A program made the position numbers and the translations under genes. A stretch of 32,000 nt of DNA from Candidatus Helarchaeota ASGARD archaeon Hel_GB_B (GTDB lineage: Archaea > Asgardarchaeota > Lokiarchaeia > Helarchaeales > HEL-GB-B): positions 1-32,000 of the forward strand of contig SUPR01000017.1 of NCBI GenBank assembly GCA_005191425.1, in the 5' to 3' direction. The notes beneath the pieces were generated by a model, which ran no database searches, was not told where the DNA came from, and was given only the letters and a program-made list of their open reading frames with translations. Positions 1-10,008 of this stretch are shown here, one piece after another (positions within the stretch are counted from its first letter, which is position 1; every line of letters starts with the position of its first letter).

Positions 1-1221
1 GGATCTAGAGTTGATACAAATAATTTAATACAGAAATTTGGGCTGGAACAATATTTTTCTAAAATAATTTCTGCTGATGATGTAGAAAAAACAAAGCCTG
101 ACCCCGAAGGGATTGAAAAAATTTTAATTGAGTTCAATGTGTTACCTTCTCAAGCAATCTATATTGGAGATTTACCTTTAGACATAAAAGCTGGAAAATA
201 TTTGGGTTGCAAAACATATGCTGTTTCTACTGGGCTTGTATCTATAAAAGAACTTCAAGAGGAAGAGCCACTTCAAATATTTCGACATATTACGGAACTA
301 ACTAAGGTACTACCTGATATTGAAAATATTGAAATAGATATTGAAGCAGATTTAACAAAAGAAATAAAAGAAAGAAAAAAAGTTGTTTCTCTGGAGGAAA
401 AAGAAAAATTTTCATTTTCTGATTATATTAAACAGATAACTGTTAATGATTTTAAGGAATTTTTAAGAAACCCCTATAGTTTTATTCGTAATGAAATTTC
501 TCAATTATTAGAAAAACAAGATATGTCCACTGAAAATGTTAAAGAATCTTTGAGTCTATTTGAAGGATTTGAACATGATTTGATTCAATCATTAGGTTAT
601 CTTTTACTTCATATTATCAATAGTAGGGCTGGTAATATCTTTGAAAATTTATTAAAAAATGAAACTACATCTGCAATAATTACATTCAGTTATGATTTAA
701 TAAAAGTAAATATTTTAACATTGTATCCTGGAGAAGTTTTCTCACTAATTTTAAAAGCACTTATCTCATCATTCAAAGAATTACTTCCCGATAAAGTAGT
801 GGAGAATCTTAATGAATTTTCAGGTATGGAATTTATTGAAGATATTTTAGAAGGTGTACATATTGGACTTCAAGATTTAGGGTTAGAAAATTCAAATTTC
901 AAAGAATATGTTATGGAAAAATTAAATGTCACAGAAAATAAAGGTTTTAGTACCTTATGGGAAATTGTTATGGTCGTAGTAAAGGTAACTCTTGCTGCAC
1001 TTTCAATCCCAATGAAAGTTATAATAAAAAGGTCTCTTCCACTTATCACCGATACACTCCAAGTTACCAGAGAAACAATATCTTCAACTCTTGACACAGT
1101 AGATTTCTCGGTATTTGATGACCAAGAAGGACTATCAAAAGTTTCAGATTTTATTTCCGAAGTTTTTGATAAATTTAAAAATAAAAGTAAAACAACTGAC
1201 ACTAATAATGACCTTTCCTAA
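1..1221 (+). CDS. HAD-superfamily hydrolase (phosphoglycolate-phosphatase-like), 5'-truncated by the window edge, fused to a ~270-aa C-terminal domain of unknown function
   Basis: Frame is open from base 1 (GSRVDTNNLIQKFGLEQYFSKIISADDVEKTKPDPEGI...) into ORF 139..1221; HAD motif III (KPDP) and motif IV (IYIGDLPLDIKAG) are visible. Confidence 0.85.
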   Translation, partial: GSRVDTNNLIQKFGLEQYFSKIISADDVEKTKPDPEGIEKILIEFNVLPSQAIYIGDLPLDIKAGKYLGCKTYAVSTGLVSIKELQEEEPLQIFRHITELTKVLPDIENIEIDIEADLTKEIKERKKVVSLEEKEKFSFSDYIKQITVNDFKEFLRNPYSFIRNEISQLLEKQDMSTENVKESLSLFEGFEHDLIQSLGYLLLHIINSRAGNIFENLLKNETTSAIITFSYDLIKVNILTLYPGEVFSLILKALISSFKELLPDKVVENLNEFSGMEFIEDILEGVHIGLQDLGLENSNFKEYVMEKLNVTENKGFSTLWEIVMVVVKVTLAALSIPMKVIIKRSLPLITDTLQVTRETISSTLDTVDFSVFDDQEGLSKVSDFISEVFDKFKNKSKTTDTNNDLS

Positions 1222-1535
1222 TTTATATTAAATTTTCATCATGATCCAACTTTTTAAATCATATTAAAACCCCTTTAACTGATTTAAATTTCGAATTACA
1301 AATCAAATTCTGTTTTTTATTAAATGTGTGTCTTTTTAAAAATGTTTTACAACCGTATATTAACATTTTTAATTTTATTTTTCATTTATCACTTAACTTA
1401 AAAAGTAAAAGATTATATTTAATTCATATTGACCAAATCATTTTATAAAAATAATTTATAATTAGGACAATTTAAAAGATTAAAAGAAAATAATCTAAAA
1501 AATAGGAACAAAATATTTAAAGGATTAGGATAACT

Positions 1536-2045
1536 ATGTCGCAAACAGGTAGAAATGGACTTTTTATTAAAAAAGCGAAAGTAAACCAAATTAGAAATGG
1601 ATTATATGGATTTATATCTTATTTTCGTAATGAATTAGGTAAAAGTACAGAAGAAACAAAAGAAATATTACATGAAATGGGTAAAAATATTGCAATATCT
1701 TTCTACAATATTTGGAAACCTGAAAATACTGATCCATTAAAACTTATGCGCGAAATTCATAGAGTAGTCTTTAAAACTTCTGCTAAAGTTCGGGAAAAAG
1801 ATAATTACATAATTGTAGTTAACCGAAGCTGCCCATTCTGCAAATATCCCCGTGATGTGGACGTTGCAGGTTGTGAAATAATTATTGGATTTGTTTCTGA
1901 ATTCTTTAATTTGATGTCTTCAAAAACATATATCGATCCTGAAACTAATGAGGAAAAACATGTACCACATTTAGCAGGAAAGGTAACTACAAGTAGAATT
2001 TTCCAAGAAAAACCTTATTGTCAAAATGTGTATAAAAAAATATAA
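1536..2045 (+). CDS. V4R-domain protein (paralog 1)
   Basis: G..IA helix, CPFC, GCEIIIGF and terminal PYC pattern typical of V4R; purine-rich SD-like sequence upstream. Confidence 0.7.
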   Translation: MSQTGRNGLFIKKAKVNQIRNGLYGFISYFRNELGKSTEETKEILHEMGKNIAISFYNIWKPENTDPLKLMREIHRVVFKTSAKVREKDNYIIVVNRSCPFCKYPRDVDVAGCEIIIGFVSEFFNLMSSKTYIDPETNEEKHVPHLAGKVTTSRIFQEKPYCQNVYKKI

Positions 2046-2058
2046 TGGAGGATTATAA

Positions 2059-2643
2059 ATGAGCTTAGATTGGATAATTTCAAGAATTGCTCGTCAATTT
2101 GGAATCGATATTAATTCTTTATTCTTTCATTTTCTCTATAGAGAAATGGCTAGACAATTAGTTAAATATGCCGGTAAAGAAAAAACTCCCGATATAATGC
2201 GAAAAATTGGTGGCGATGCATCTCTAGATAGCGCTAAAAGACATCCAACAATTTTTAAATTTGTCAGTCCTGGATCTGGAAATGAAATATTAAAATATAT
2301 TAAAATGCTCTGGTATACCGTTTTTGGGACTAATATGAAATATGAAGTAATAAATAAAGAAAACCTTGAGGAATCTGATTATTTAGACCTTTACATTGAT
2401 AATTGTCCCATTTGCCAAGGATATTATTCTGATAATTTAGATTTATCCAAAGAAGAAATGACTTCCATATTTGGAAATACTGGTTATGCATGTCTTTTAC
2501 TTGGTATGATTGAATCTGTCGGAAATTTTATTATAGAAATGAAAGAGATTCCTTATACTTTAGAAATTGAAGAACTAGAATGTAAAGCACTAGGGGCACA
2601 AAGAATGCGAATAAAAGCTACTTTGGTCTCCAAAGAGCAATAA
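2059..2643 (+). CDS. V4R-domain protein (paralog 2)
   Basis: NCPIC, YACLLLGMIE, EELECKALG (V4R ExxCxAxG); starts 13 nt after paralog 1 with GGAGG SD at ~2047-2051. Confidence 0.75.
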   Translation: MSLDWIISRIARQFGIDINSLFFHFLYREMARQLVKYAGKEKTPDIMRKIGGDASLDSAKRHPTIFKFVSPGSGNEILKYIKMLWYTVFGTNMKYEVINKENLEESDYLDLYIDNCPICQGYYSDNLDLSKEEMTSIFGNTGYACLLLGMIESVGNFIIEMKEIPYTLEIEELECKALGAQRMRIKATLVSKEQ

Positions 2644-2673
2644 TACCAATTTTTTTTCTAAAATTCTTATGGT

Positions 2674-3710
2674 TTATAATTGTAATTCATTAATTTTAAA
2701 GTCTTTTATAATTTTATATAATGATTTCCACAATAAATGCGATACTTCGGTAAATTTTGGGAATAATAACGGTGGATACTTAAAACCACAATCAATACAT
2801 CTTACATTTATTACAACCATATCTTTTATTATATCAGTCCCTATATTAACTATCTCTATTTTTCCACCACACTCTGGACAGTCTAAATTTATTTCTTTAA
2901 TTGGATTTTTCTTCATAATATCATTTAATTTTATTATTCAAAAATAAATTAAATAGAGCTTTTATAAATTCCTATGCTTTTATTATTACAGCTACTGTTC
3001 TTTTAACTTTTTCGAATTTTTTTCTCACATCATTTCCATTAAACTTAACACAAGCCCAATTGACCTTCCTACCATTTCCTTCCCTAACCTTCGCTTTTCT
3101 ATTATATCCTTTACAAGCTCTGGATATTCTCTCACCGTGAAATAAAAGTTTAAAAACGATTTCCAGCGAGTTATATTTCTTTTTTCCCTTAAATTTTATA
3201 TTCAATTTTAGTGTACTAAATTCTTCTTCGATAATATTTATTATAATACTTTTACCTTTAAATTCAAAAGCTACCACAAGATATCAAATACTTCTATTAA
3301 TTTTAGTGAAAATTTTATCGACTAAAACCATATAAACCTGAAATGAGAGAATTTTATGCAATATTTACTTCAGTTGAATTACTAATAGTTATCATTATTT
3401 CTTTTGCAATAACTGATGCATATGAATTAGAGCAATTAAAAAATTTACTGAAATGTTTTAAATTAATAGTATCGTTTTTTAAGAATTTATTAAGAGTATT
3501 ACCAATTAATGGAATTAAATTTTTGAAAAAAGCACTGGTATATGCATAAAAAGTTCTACGGCAATTTTTATAGATATATTTTCGAGGATTGCCACATACA
3601 TAAATATCATGTCCATCTTACATAATTTTATATGAATTACATTCATAAGGAAAGTTTGGGCACAAAACAGGAATATCAATAGATGCTACAATATCATTTA
3701 CCTCATATTA
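2674..3710 (-). pseudogene. Decayed IS1/IS6-like DDE transposase
   Basis: Manual translation across frameshifts: CPNFPYEC...DGHDIYVCGNPRKYIYKNCRRTFYAYTSAFF (degenerate N-terminal Zn ribbon plus RTF) and a degenerate VDExxxKI...YLVVAF DDE region leading into ORF 2972..3277; ORF 2674..2916 (CPECGG...CIDCG) follows after a stop and frameshift. Boundaries approximate. Confidence 0.5.
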
Positions 3711-3952
3711 TAGATTATAATGATATTTTGATTCATAATACATTTTTAAAATCATTTAATATTATGGCTAAACAAGAAAAAGTAGCTAGATATACAAAAA
3801 TTTTTTCAGATTTTGTTGGAAAAAAGCTGAATACAATCATTTAAGTATTTTTGTCAAGCAAAGGCTTTTGTAAAAATTCGAAATCTTTTTATAATCCTTT
3901 TATAAATTAATATCTTTAATTTTTAATAAAGAAAATCTAATGAGATGTAAAA

Positions 3953-5203
3953 ATGTCTGAAGAATTGAATCCTTTTAAAATTGCACAACAACAATTAAAG
4001 TCGGCATGTGACTTATTAGGTTATGATCAAAGTATTTATGAAGCATTGGCAGAACCAGAACGTTTTATAGAAGTGAATCTCACGATCAAAATGGATGATG
4101 GTTCTATTCGAAGCTTTAAAGGATTCAGGAGTCAATATAATTCTGCAAGAGGCCCAGTAAAGGGGGGTATTCGGTGGCACCCTGATGAGTCGGCAGATCT
4201 AGTTAAAGCTCTTTCTGCTTGGATGACATGGAAAACTGCAATTGTAAATATTCCTTTAGGTGGTGCGAAGGGCGGAATCGTTTGCAATCCAAAGAATCTT
4301 TCACTAACAGAAAAAGAAAGATTAGCTAGGGCTTGGACAAGAAAACTCGCTGATTTTTTGGGTCCTCGTATTGACATTCCTGCGCCAGATGTATATACAG
4401 ATGGACAAATAATGTCTTGGATTATGGATGAATATGAATCAATTTTACGACAAAAAGCGCCTTCTATGATTACAGGAAAACCTCTCATAATCGGAGGTAG
4501 TGAAGGGCGTAATACTGCTACAGCTACTGGTGGCATCTTTACAATCGAAGAAGCTGCTAAAGAGTTGGATCTCGAGCTAAAAGATGCAACAGTAGCAATT
4601 CAAGGGTATGGAAATGCCGGATCATTTGCTGCAATCTTATTAAAAGAATGGCATGATTGTAAAATCATCGCAGTTTCTGACTCAAAAGGTGGGGTCTTCA
4701 ATAAAAATGGATTAGATCCTAAGAAAGTGCTCGAACATAAAAAGAAGACTACAACCGTTGTAGGTGCTGATGGAACCTCCAAAATATCCAATGAAGAATT
4801 ATTAGAATTAGAATGTGATATTCTTATTCCAGCAGCCCTTGAAAATGTGATTACTGAAACCAATGCCCCAAATATTAAAGCGAAAATCATCTGCGAATTG
4901 GCTAATGGCCCCACAACACCCTCTGCTGATGAAATACTTTTTAATAATAATATTCTAGTCATTCCCGATTTTCTTGCAAATGCTGGAGGAGTAACTGTTT
5001 CCTATTTTGAAATGATTCAAGGTTATTATCTCGATTTTTGGAGTATTGATAAGGTAAATAAGCGTCTCTCAGTAATTATGAAAGATGCTTATCATGCAAT
5101 GCGCAAGAAAGCCAAAGAATATAATGTTAATAATCGAATCGCAGCATATGCTCTAGCTGTAGAACGTGTTGTCGAAGCAATGAAAATGCGCGGTTGGCTA
5201 TAA
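3953..5203 (+). CDS. gdhA: Glutamate dehydrogenase (Glu/Leu/Phe/Val dehydrogenase family)
   Basis: GPVKGGIRWHP, GGAKGG, DIPAPDV, TGKP..IGGSEGR, IQGYGNAG, ELANGP, PDFLANAGGV. Confidence 0.96.
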   Translation: MSEELNPFKIAQQQLKSACDLLGYDQSIYEALAEPERFIEVNLTIKMDDGSIRSFKGFRSQYNSARGPVKGGIRWHPDESADLVKALSAWMTWKTAIVNIPLGGAKGGIVCNPKNLSLTEKERLARAWTRKLADFLGPRIDIPAPDVYTDGQIMSWIMDEYESILRQKAPSMITGKPLIIGGSEGRNTATATGGIFTIEEAAKELDLELKDATVAIQGYGNAGSFAAILLKEWHDCKIIAVSDSKGGVFNKNGLDPKKVLEHKKKTTTVVGADGTSKISNEELLELECDILIPAALENVITETNAPNIKAKIICELANGPTTPSADEILFNNNILVIPDFLANAGGVTVSYFEMIQGYYLDFWSIDKVNKRLSVIMKDAYHAMRKKAKEYNVNNRIAAYALAVERVVEAMKMRGWL

Positions 5204-5297
5204 CTTAACTTATTACTGCTATGAAAACATAGGACTATATTTTATCCGAATCTTTTCTAATCTAATAGGACTTTAGTAATATACTAAGAAATAAATT

Positions 5298-6665
5298 TTA
5301 TAATCGTTTTAAATATCTTTCAAGTTCCCATTGTGTTACTTGCATCCGGTATTCATTCCATTCTTTCCATTTAACATCTAGAAAATTCCGATAAGCGATT
5401 GGTAATAAAGCATGTTGAATTAATTCACTCTTTTCCATTTCCTTGAGAGCTTCTGAGAGGGACTCTGGCAAGGAAATGATTCCTTTCGATTTCCGTTCTT
5501 CATAGCTCATTTTGTATACATTTAAGTCTGTAGGAAAAGGTGGGTTAATTTTCTGGCGGATACCTTGGAGTCCTGCGTGTAAAAGTACTGCAAACTGGAG
5601 ATAGGGGTTCCCAGCAGGATCGGGGCAACGAATTTCTATACGTGCTGCTTTATGACGTTTGCCAAAATCTGGCACCCTGATTAAAGCTGATCTATTCTTG
5701 TAAGCATAGGCAATATATACAGGTGCTTCATAACCGGGGACAAGACGTTTATAAGAATTGGGCCAAGATGCTAAAATTGCAGCCATTTCTCTCCCATAAT
5801 AAAGTTGTCCCCCAATGAAGTGAAGTGCTATCTCTGAAAGATATCCAGTATCTTTATTATCTCGATAAAATGCGTTTTCACCATTTAAGTTCCAAAGGCT
5901 TTGATGCACATGCATACCCGACCCATTTACACCATAAAACGGTTTCGGCATAAATGTTGCGAGATAACCATTTTGTTGTGCGATATTTTTTATGATCATC
6001 TTCATAGTCACAGTCCGATCAGCAGTAATAAGCGCTTCATCATACCGAAAATCGATCTCATTTTGTCCAACTGCTACTTCATGATGCGCCACTTCAATAT
6101 CAATATTAAAAAGATCCGCAGTGTCCGCCATTTTACGTCGTAAAATCTCAGAAAGTCCACTTGGATGGAGATCAAAATATCCTGAAAAATCCATTGGAGT
6201 TGGGACGTGTGTTTCATTCTTTTCTAACAAAAAGAATTCTAATTCAGGGGCACATTTATAAATGAATCCTTCATTTCGAGCTTCTTTTATAGCGTTTTTT
6301 AGAATATAGCGAGGATCTCCCTCAAATGGTTTTCCATTTGGTAGATAGATGTCACAAATAAATCTACAGGTGGAAATTTCTTTTGGACGCCAAGGAATGA
6401 CTGCAAATGTAGCTGGATCAGGAACCGCAACCATATCTGATTCTTCAATATTTCCCATTCCTGTAACTGATGATCCATCAAAATATTGCCCGTATATAAG
6501 GGTATCTTCAATTAACTTTGTAGAAACAGAAAAACTTTTTAGAATTCCATTTATATCAATGAATTGGAGACGGGCAAATTTAATATTTTCATTAGTTATT
6601 TTTTCAATAACGGTATCAACAAGCTTATTTCTTCTTGCTTCTTTCATTTCAACCATGAGATTCAA
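5298..6665 (-). CDS. glnA: Glutamine synthetase type I (GSI-alpha-like); probable true start is ATG at 6656
   Basis: FDGSS, HHEVAVGQNEI, FMPKPFYGVNGSGMHVHQSL, NSYKRLVPGYEAP, NRSALIRVP, RIEIRCPDPAGNPYL. Confidence 0.96.
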   Translation of the reverse strand: MNLMVEMKEARRNKLVDTVIEKITNENIKFARLQFIDINGILKSFSVSTKLIEDTLIYGQYFDGSSVTGMGNIEESDMVAVPDPATFAVIPWRPKEISTCRFICDIYLPNGKPFEGDPRYILKNAIKEARNEGFIYKCAPELEFFLLEKNETHVPTPMDFSGYFDLHPSGLSEILRRKMADTADLFNIDIEVAHHEVAVGQNEIDFRYDEALITADRTVTMKMIIKNIAQQNGYLATFMPKPFYGVNGSGMHVHQSLWNLNGENAFYRDNKDTGYLSEIALHFIGGQLYYGREMAAILASWPNSYKRLVPGYEAPVYIAYAYKNRSALIRVPDFGKRHKAARIEIRCPDPAGNPYLQFAVLLHAGLQGIRQKINPPFPTDLNVYKMSYEERKSKGIISLPESLSEALKEMEKSELIQHALLPIAYRNFLDVKWKEWNEYRMQVTQWELERYLKRL

Positions 6666-6829
6666 CTCGAATTTGGTATTTTTAAAATTTTCATTAAATA
6701 ATCTTTTTAAACTTAGTATTTAAAATAATATTTAAAAAATGGAGTAAACTGATAAATTTTTGTCAATAAGTTATTTAAATTTTTTTAAGTTTGTGCTACA
6801 ATTACCGGGCATTTTAATTGATTTTCCAG

Positions 6830-8427
6830 ATTTAATTGCGTCAAATTTTTTGAACTCAGTTCATATCTATTCATAGCCACCTTTTTTATCTATCTCATTG
6901 AATATTCTGGACTTGACCTTATTTTTTAATGAATTATCTCTTTATTTTTTCCGGGAATTATTAGCCTGAAATTGAGTATTTCTTTTACATTTTCTTTTCA
7001 ATGTTTTAACTGCTGCCTTTAATTAATCTTCAGCATCATACCATAATTCGATTCCTAATATCATATCTTCCTTTAACTTTTCCACCAGTATATGATATAT
7101 ATCTAACATTCTCAGTGATAAACTCTTATACCTTTCTAAGAAGCTAAATTAGCATAATAATTTCTCTAAACACTTTTTATCTTGGTTGGACAAATTCTCC
7201 GCGCTCCTTAAAATGAGAAATTTCACATACTTAAATTCTTTTTTTCCACCTCTAATTGGCGTCTAAAGTCCCTCATCACTTTTTACAGAGATGCCCTAAG
7301 CTTAATCTTATAATATTCTGAATTTTTTCAGTTAGTCCATTAGGAGAAAATCTGCTTATTAATTCATCATGCAATAAGATAGAATATTCAGAATTTAAGT
7401 CCAATAATTTATTCAGTATATTATTAGATCCATGTTTAAATTCAATTAATCTTTCTTTTTTATATAATTTAACGAGTATTTGATAATAATATTTAAAGTC
7501 CTTAATAAACCCATTTATAGAATTAAATTTATTAATATTACCAGACTAATCACCCTTTTTAATAAGTTGATATAACTTGGTATAATCTCAAATTGGTGTT
7601 GAATATATTTGTTTTGCCAATTTTTGTATGCTTTTTAGTATTGTCTGGTTTATCGGTTGTACAGTGTGAAAACCATCCCTAATTATCATAATATTCAGAA
7701 AAACACGCTTTATAACAACATCTCAGGCAAGTTTATAATCGACAACGATGGATTTCAGCTATGCACCCAGCTTTTTTTAAAAAGGACAAGGGACTTTTCT
7801 ATTTCTTGTTGGTCTTCACCTCTTTCCAAATAGCACATAAGCTCCCGTCCCGTAATTCTGTCAGATATAACTAAGGCGCAACCATTTTTTTTCTTTATAT
7901 ATATTTGTATATTTACCCTTTAGGTCGGTATCTGAAAAAAATTTTAATTTTGGAAATGTCCCATCAGCTCCGAAATGACCACTTGCGACCTCAGAATCTT
8001 CGCGAAACACCGTATTATTTTTCTGACAATGTTCAGTACCATAAATTTTTATTTATTTTCATACCGAACTCCTCTTTAACTTAGCAGAATATAATGATCC
8101 CATTAATTTTACTGTTTTTTTGGCAGAACTCTAAAAATCATAGTATAATATCAAAATTGTATCAAATACATCTCTGGTAATTGATAGACCTTTGACTATC
8201 TCGTCTCGTTCGACTTGAAAAATCGAGAAACATGACTTGCACTTAAGGTAAATATTTTCGAATTCCACAAATTTTCTACGAGTTTTGGAGCCCAGTTCCT
8301 TGATAATTCCAGGCTATGAGTTAACTCGAATGATATTGGTAGAGTTACACCTAGGACATGAAATATTAGAAAAGTCTGGGGCTGGCAATTTGGTAATAAC
8401 ATAAGGTTTATCATCAATTTAGTCCAT
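6830..8427 (-). pseudogene. Decayed ISL3-family transposase
   Basis: Manual translation: ATG at 8427 then CPRCNSTNIIRVNS*PGIIKELG...YLKCKSCFSIF (zf-ISL3-like), GHFGADGTF, IIRDGFHTVQPINQ (ISL3 DxFH motif), KFLILRSAENLSNQDKKCLEKLL; many stops and frameshifts. Left boundary approximate. Confidence 0.7.
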
Positions 8428-8702
8428 GAAAATTTTGATGTAAAATAATTAATATAAAAGTGAATAGTTTCTCTGCAATACGCCGCTAAAATAGAAGAAA
8501 AAAAGTAAAAAGTAATGGAAAAACATGACTAAAATAAAAATATAATAAAAAATAGGTCTAAAGTAGTAAAAAGTTTGAAAAAAACTTAGAATCTTTGAAA
8601 TAGTTAAAAATATATATTTAATAAAAAATAATCAAATTAATCAAAAAATGATAGTTTAAAAAAAAAATTAAATTAAATAAAAAATAATAAACATTTTTCT
8701 TA

Positions 8703-9002
8703 TCAAGTTTCACTTTTTCTTTTTTTAATAACTTCATTAAATATATCTTTATTAAATTTTGAATTTATAACAAAAATTTTCCCATATTTCTGGTCAGAAT
8801 TCTGGGCAACAACTCCTAAATCTTTTAGAATTTTAAGGTGATGTTTAATATTTCTGTATGACATTTCAAGCTTATTAGAAAGCTGGTTTGCATTATATGG
8901 TCTTTCCATAAGTAGATTAATAATTTTAATACGAGTCTCTCCCCCACTTCTACCAAATAACCACCAATATTGACTAACTAATTCTAATTTTTCATTTTCC
9001 AT
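8703..9002 (-). CDS. ArsR/SmtB-family winged-HTH transcriptional regulator (archaeal type)
   Basis: WWLFGRSGGETRIKIINLLMERPYNANQLSNKLEMSYRNIKHHLKIL pattern. Confidence 0.88.
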   Translation of the reverse strand: MENEKLELVSQYWWLFGRSGGETRIKIINLLMERPYNANQLSNKLEMSYRNIKHHLKILKDLGVVAQNSDQKYGKIFVINSKFNKDIFNEVIKKRKSET

Positions 9003-9032
9003 AACAAATCACTAATTTAATAAGTTGTCTCA

Positions 9033-9049
9033 ATTTAGTTGTACTAAAT
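9033..9049. promoter_or_regulatory. 7-3-7 inverted repeat upstream of the ArsR-like gene (candidate operator)
   Basis: ATTTAGT-TGT-ACTAAAT, 31-47 nt upstream of the start codon; AT-rich so may be chance. Confidence 0.25.
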
Positions 9050-9157
9050 ATTACAATATTGAAATTAAATATATTGGAAGATTAATTGCAAATTTATGGT
9101 AAATAATTACAATTTATTTAAAGAAAATAATCTGCATAAATTTCTATTGAGAATTTC

Positions 9158-9673
9158 TCAATTTGGTGATAAAATTCCTTTCTCAATTAAATCGTCTAAT
9201 ATTTTATTTAAATAATATTTAATTTCCTTAGTTATTTCTCCATAAACCTCAATTGAATCCCCATATGGGTCAATTATATTAATTGGCGACTCATTTGCAA
9301 ATTCTGATAATAAAAATGCTTTTGTTCGATATTCTTTAGGGATCGCTCTTATATGTTTGTCTTCCATAGTTAATATAACATCAGCTTTTAATAGTTCTGG
9401 ATAATTACTTATATGTCGAGGAAAAAAGTCTTTTATTCGTCCATCATCTATTCCTTCTTTTCTCAATATTTGAGTTGCTTCCCAGCAAATCATATCATTA
9501 TGAAACTGAACCGCCCCAGATGTGGAAATAATTTGGTCTCTAACATTTCTTTCTAATGCTAATTTTTCAAATAGCATTTCGGCTATCGGACTTCGACAAA
9601 TATTTCCTGAACACAAGAATAGAAATGTTATTGGTTTCTTCTTATTCCTTAAAGAGTTTTTGAAACTTTCCAT
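9158..9673 (-). CDS. Low-molecular-weight protein-tyrosine phosphatase / arsenate reductase family protein
   Basis: P-loop FLCSGNICRSPIAE and DPYG acid loop. Confidence 0.9.
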   Translation of the reverse strand: MESFKNSLRNKKKPITFLFLCSGNICRSPIAEMLFEKLALERNVRDQIISTSGAVQFHNDMICWEATQILRKEGIDDGRIKDFFPRHISNYPELLKADVILTMEDKHIRAIPKEYRTKAFLLSEFANESPINIIDPYGDSIEVYGEITKEIKYYLNKILDDLIEKGILSPN

Positions 9674-10008
9674 TTAAATCAAACGTCCAATTTGAATTAT
9701 ATATAAAAATTATGAAATATCTTTTTAATTTTATGGATATATAATCAAAAATTAAATTCCAACAGATAAAAGATAAAATGGTCCAAATTATTTAAACTTA
9801 TTTTAATTTTATGTCTAAACAATGAATTGAATTTATATTAAAATTTCTATCATAAAATAAACAAATAATGAAATTGTAAAATCATTTTTTGTATCTATAT
9901 TTCTTATTTTAAATTGTCTTTGGGTACGCTCCTCCTTTAAATTATATCCTTTTTTGATTTTTTTTCAAGATATAATTTATTTAATTATCTGAGAAATTAT
10001 AAAAAAAT

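Noticed and set aside
870-1202. Antisense or overlapping ORFs from the track (870..1202, 2669..2947, 4132..4536, 4600..4962, 5901..6143, 6299..6511, 6349..6723, 10157..10339, 11465..11671, 11875..12081, 16821..17108, 17148..17477, 21065..21250, 27079..27375, 28584..28784, 30754..30972)
   Set aside because: They lie within or opposite well-supported coding regions and show no motifs; treated as shadow ORFs.
3343-3549. Short ORFs 3343..3549, 8196..8417, 23310..23492, 24559..24858 and 25010..25252
   Set aside because: They are antisense or wrong-frame readings of the IS and pseudogene remnants; the motif-bearing frame is a different one.
6750-6765. Imperfect palindrome TGATAAATTTTTGTCA upstream of glnA as a nitrogen-regulator box
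   Set aside because: It matches neither GlnR/TnrA (TGTNA-N7-TNACA) nor NrpR (GGAA-N6-TTCC) consensus, and it is AT-rich enough to arise by chance.
6780-8500. Terminal inverted repeats or target duplications for the ISL3 remnant
   Set aside because: No convincing IR pair was found by eye, so the ends are left approximate.
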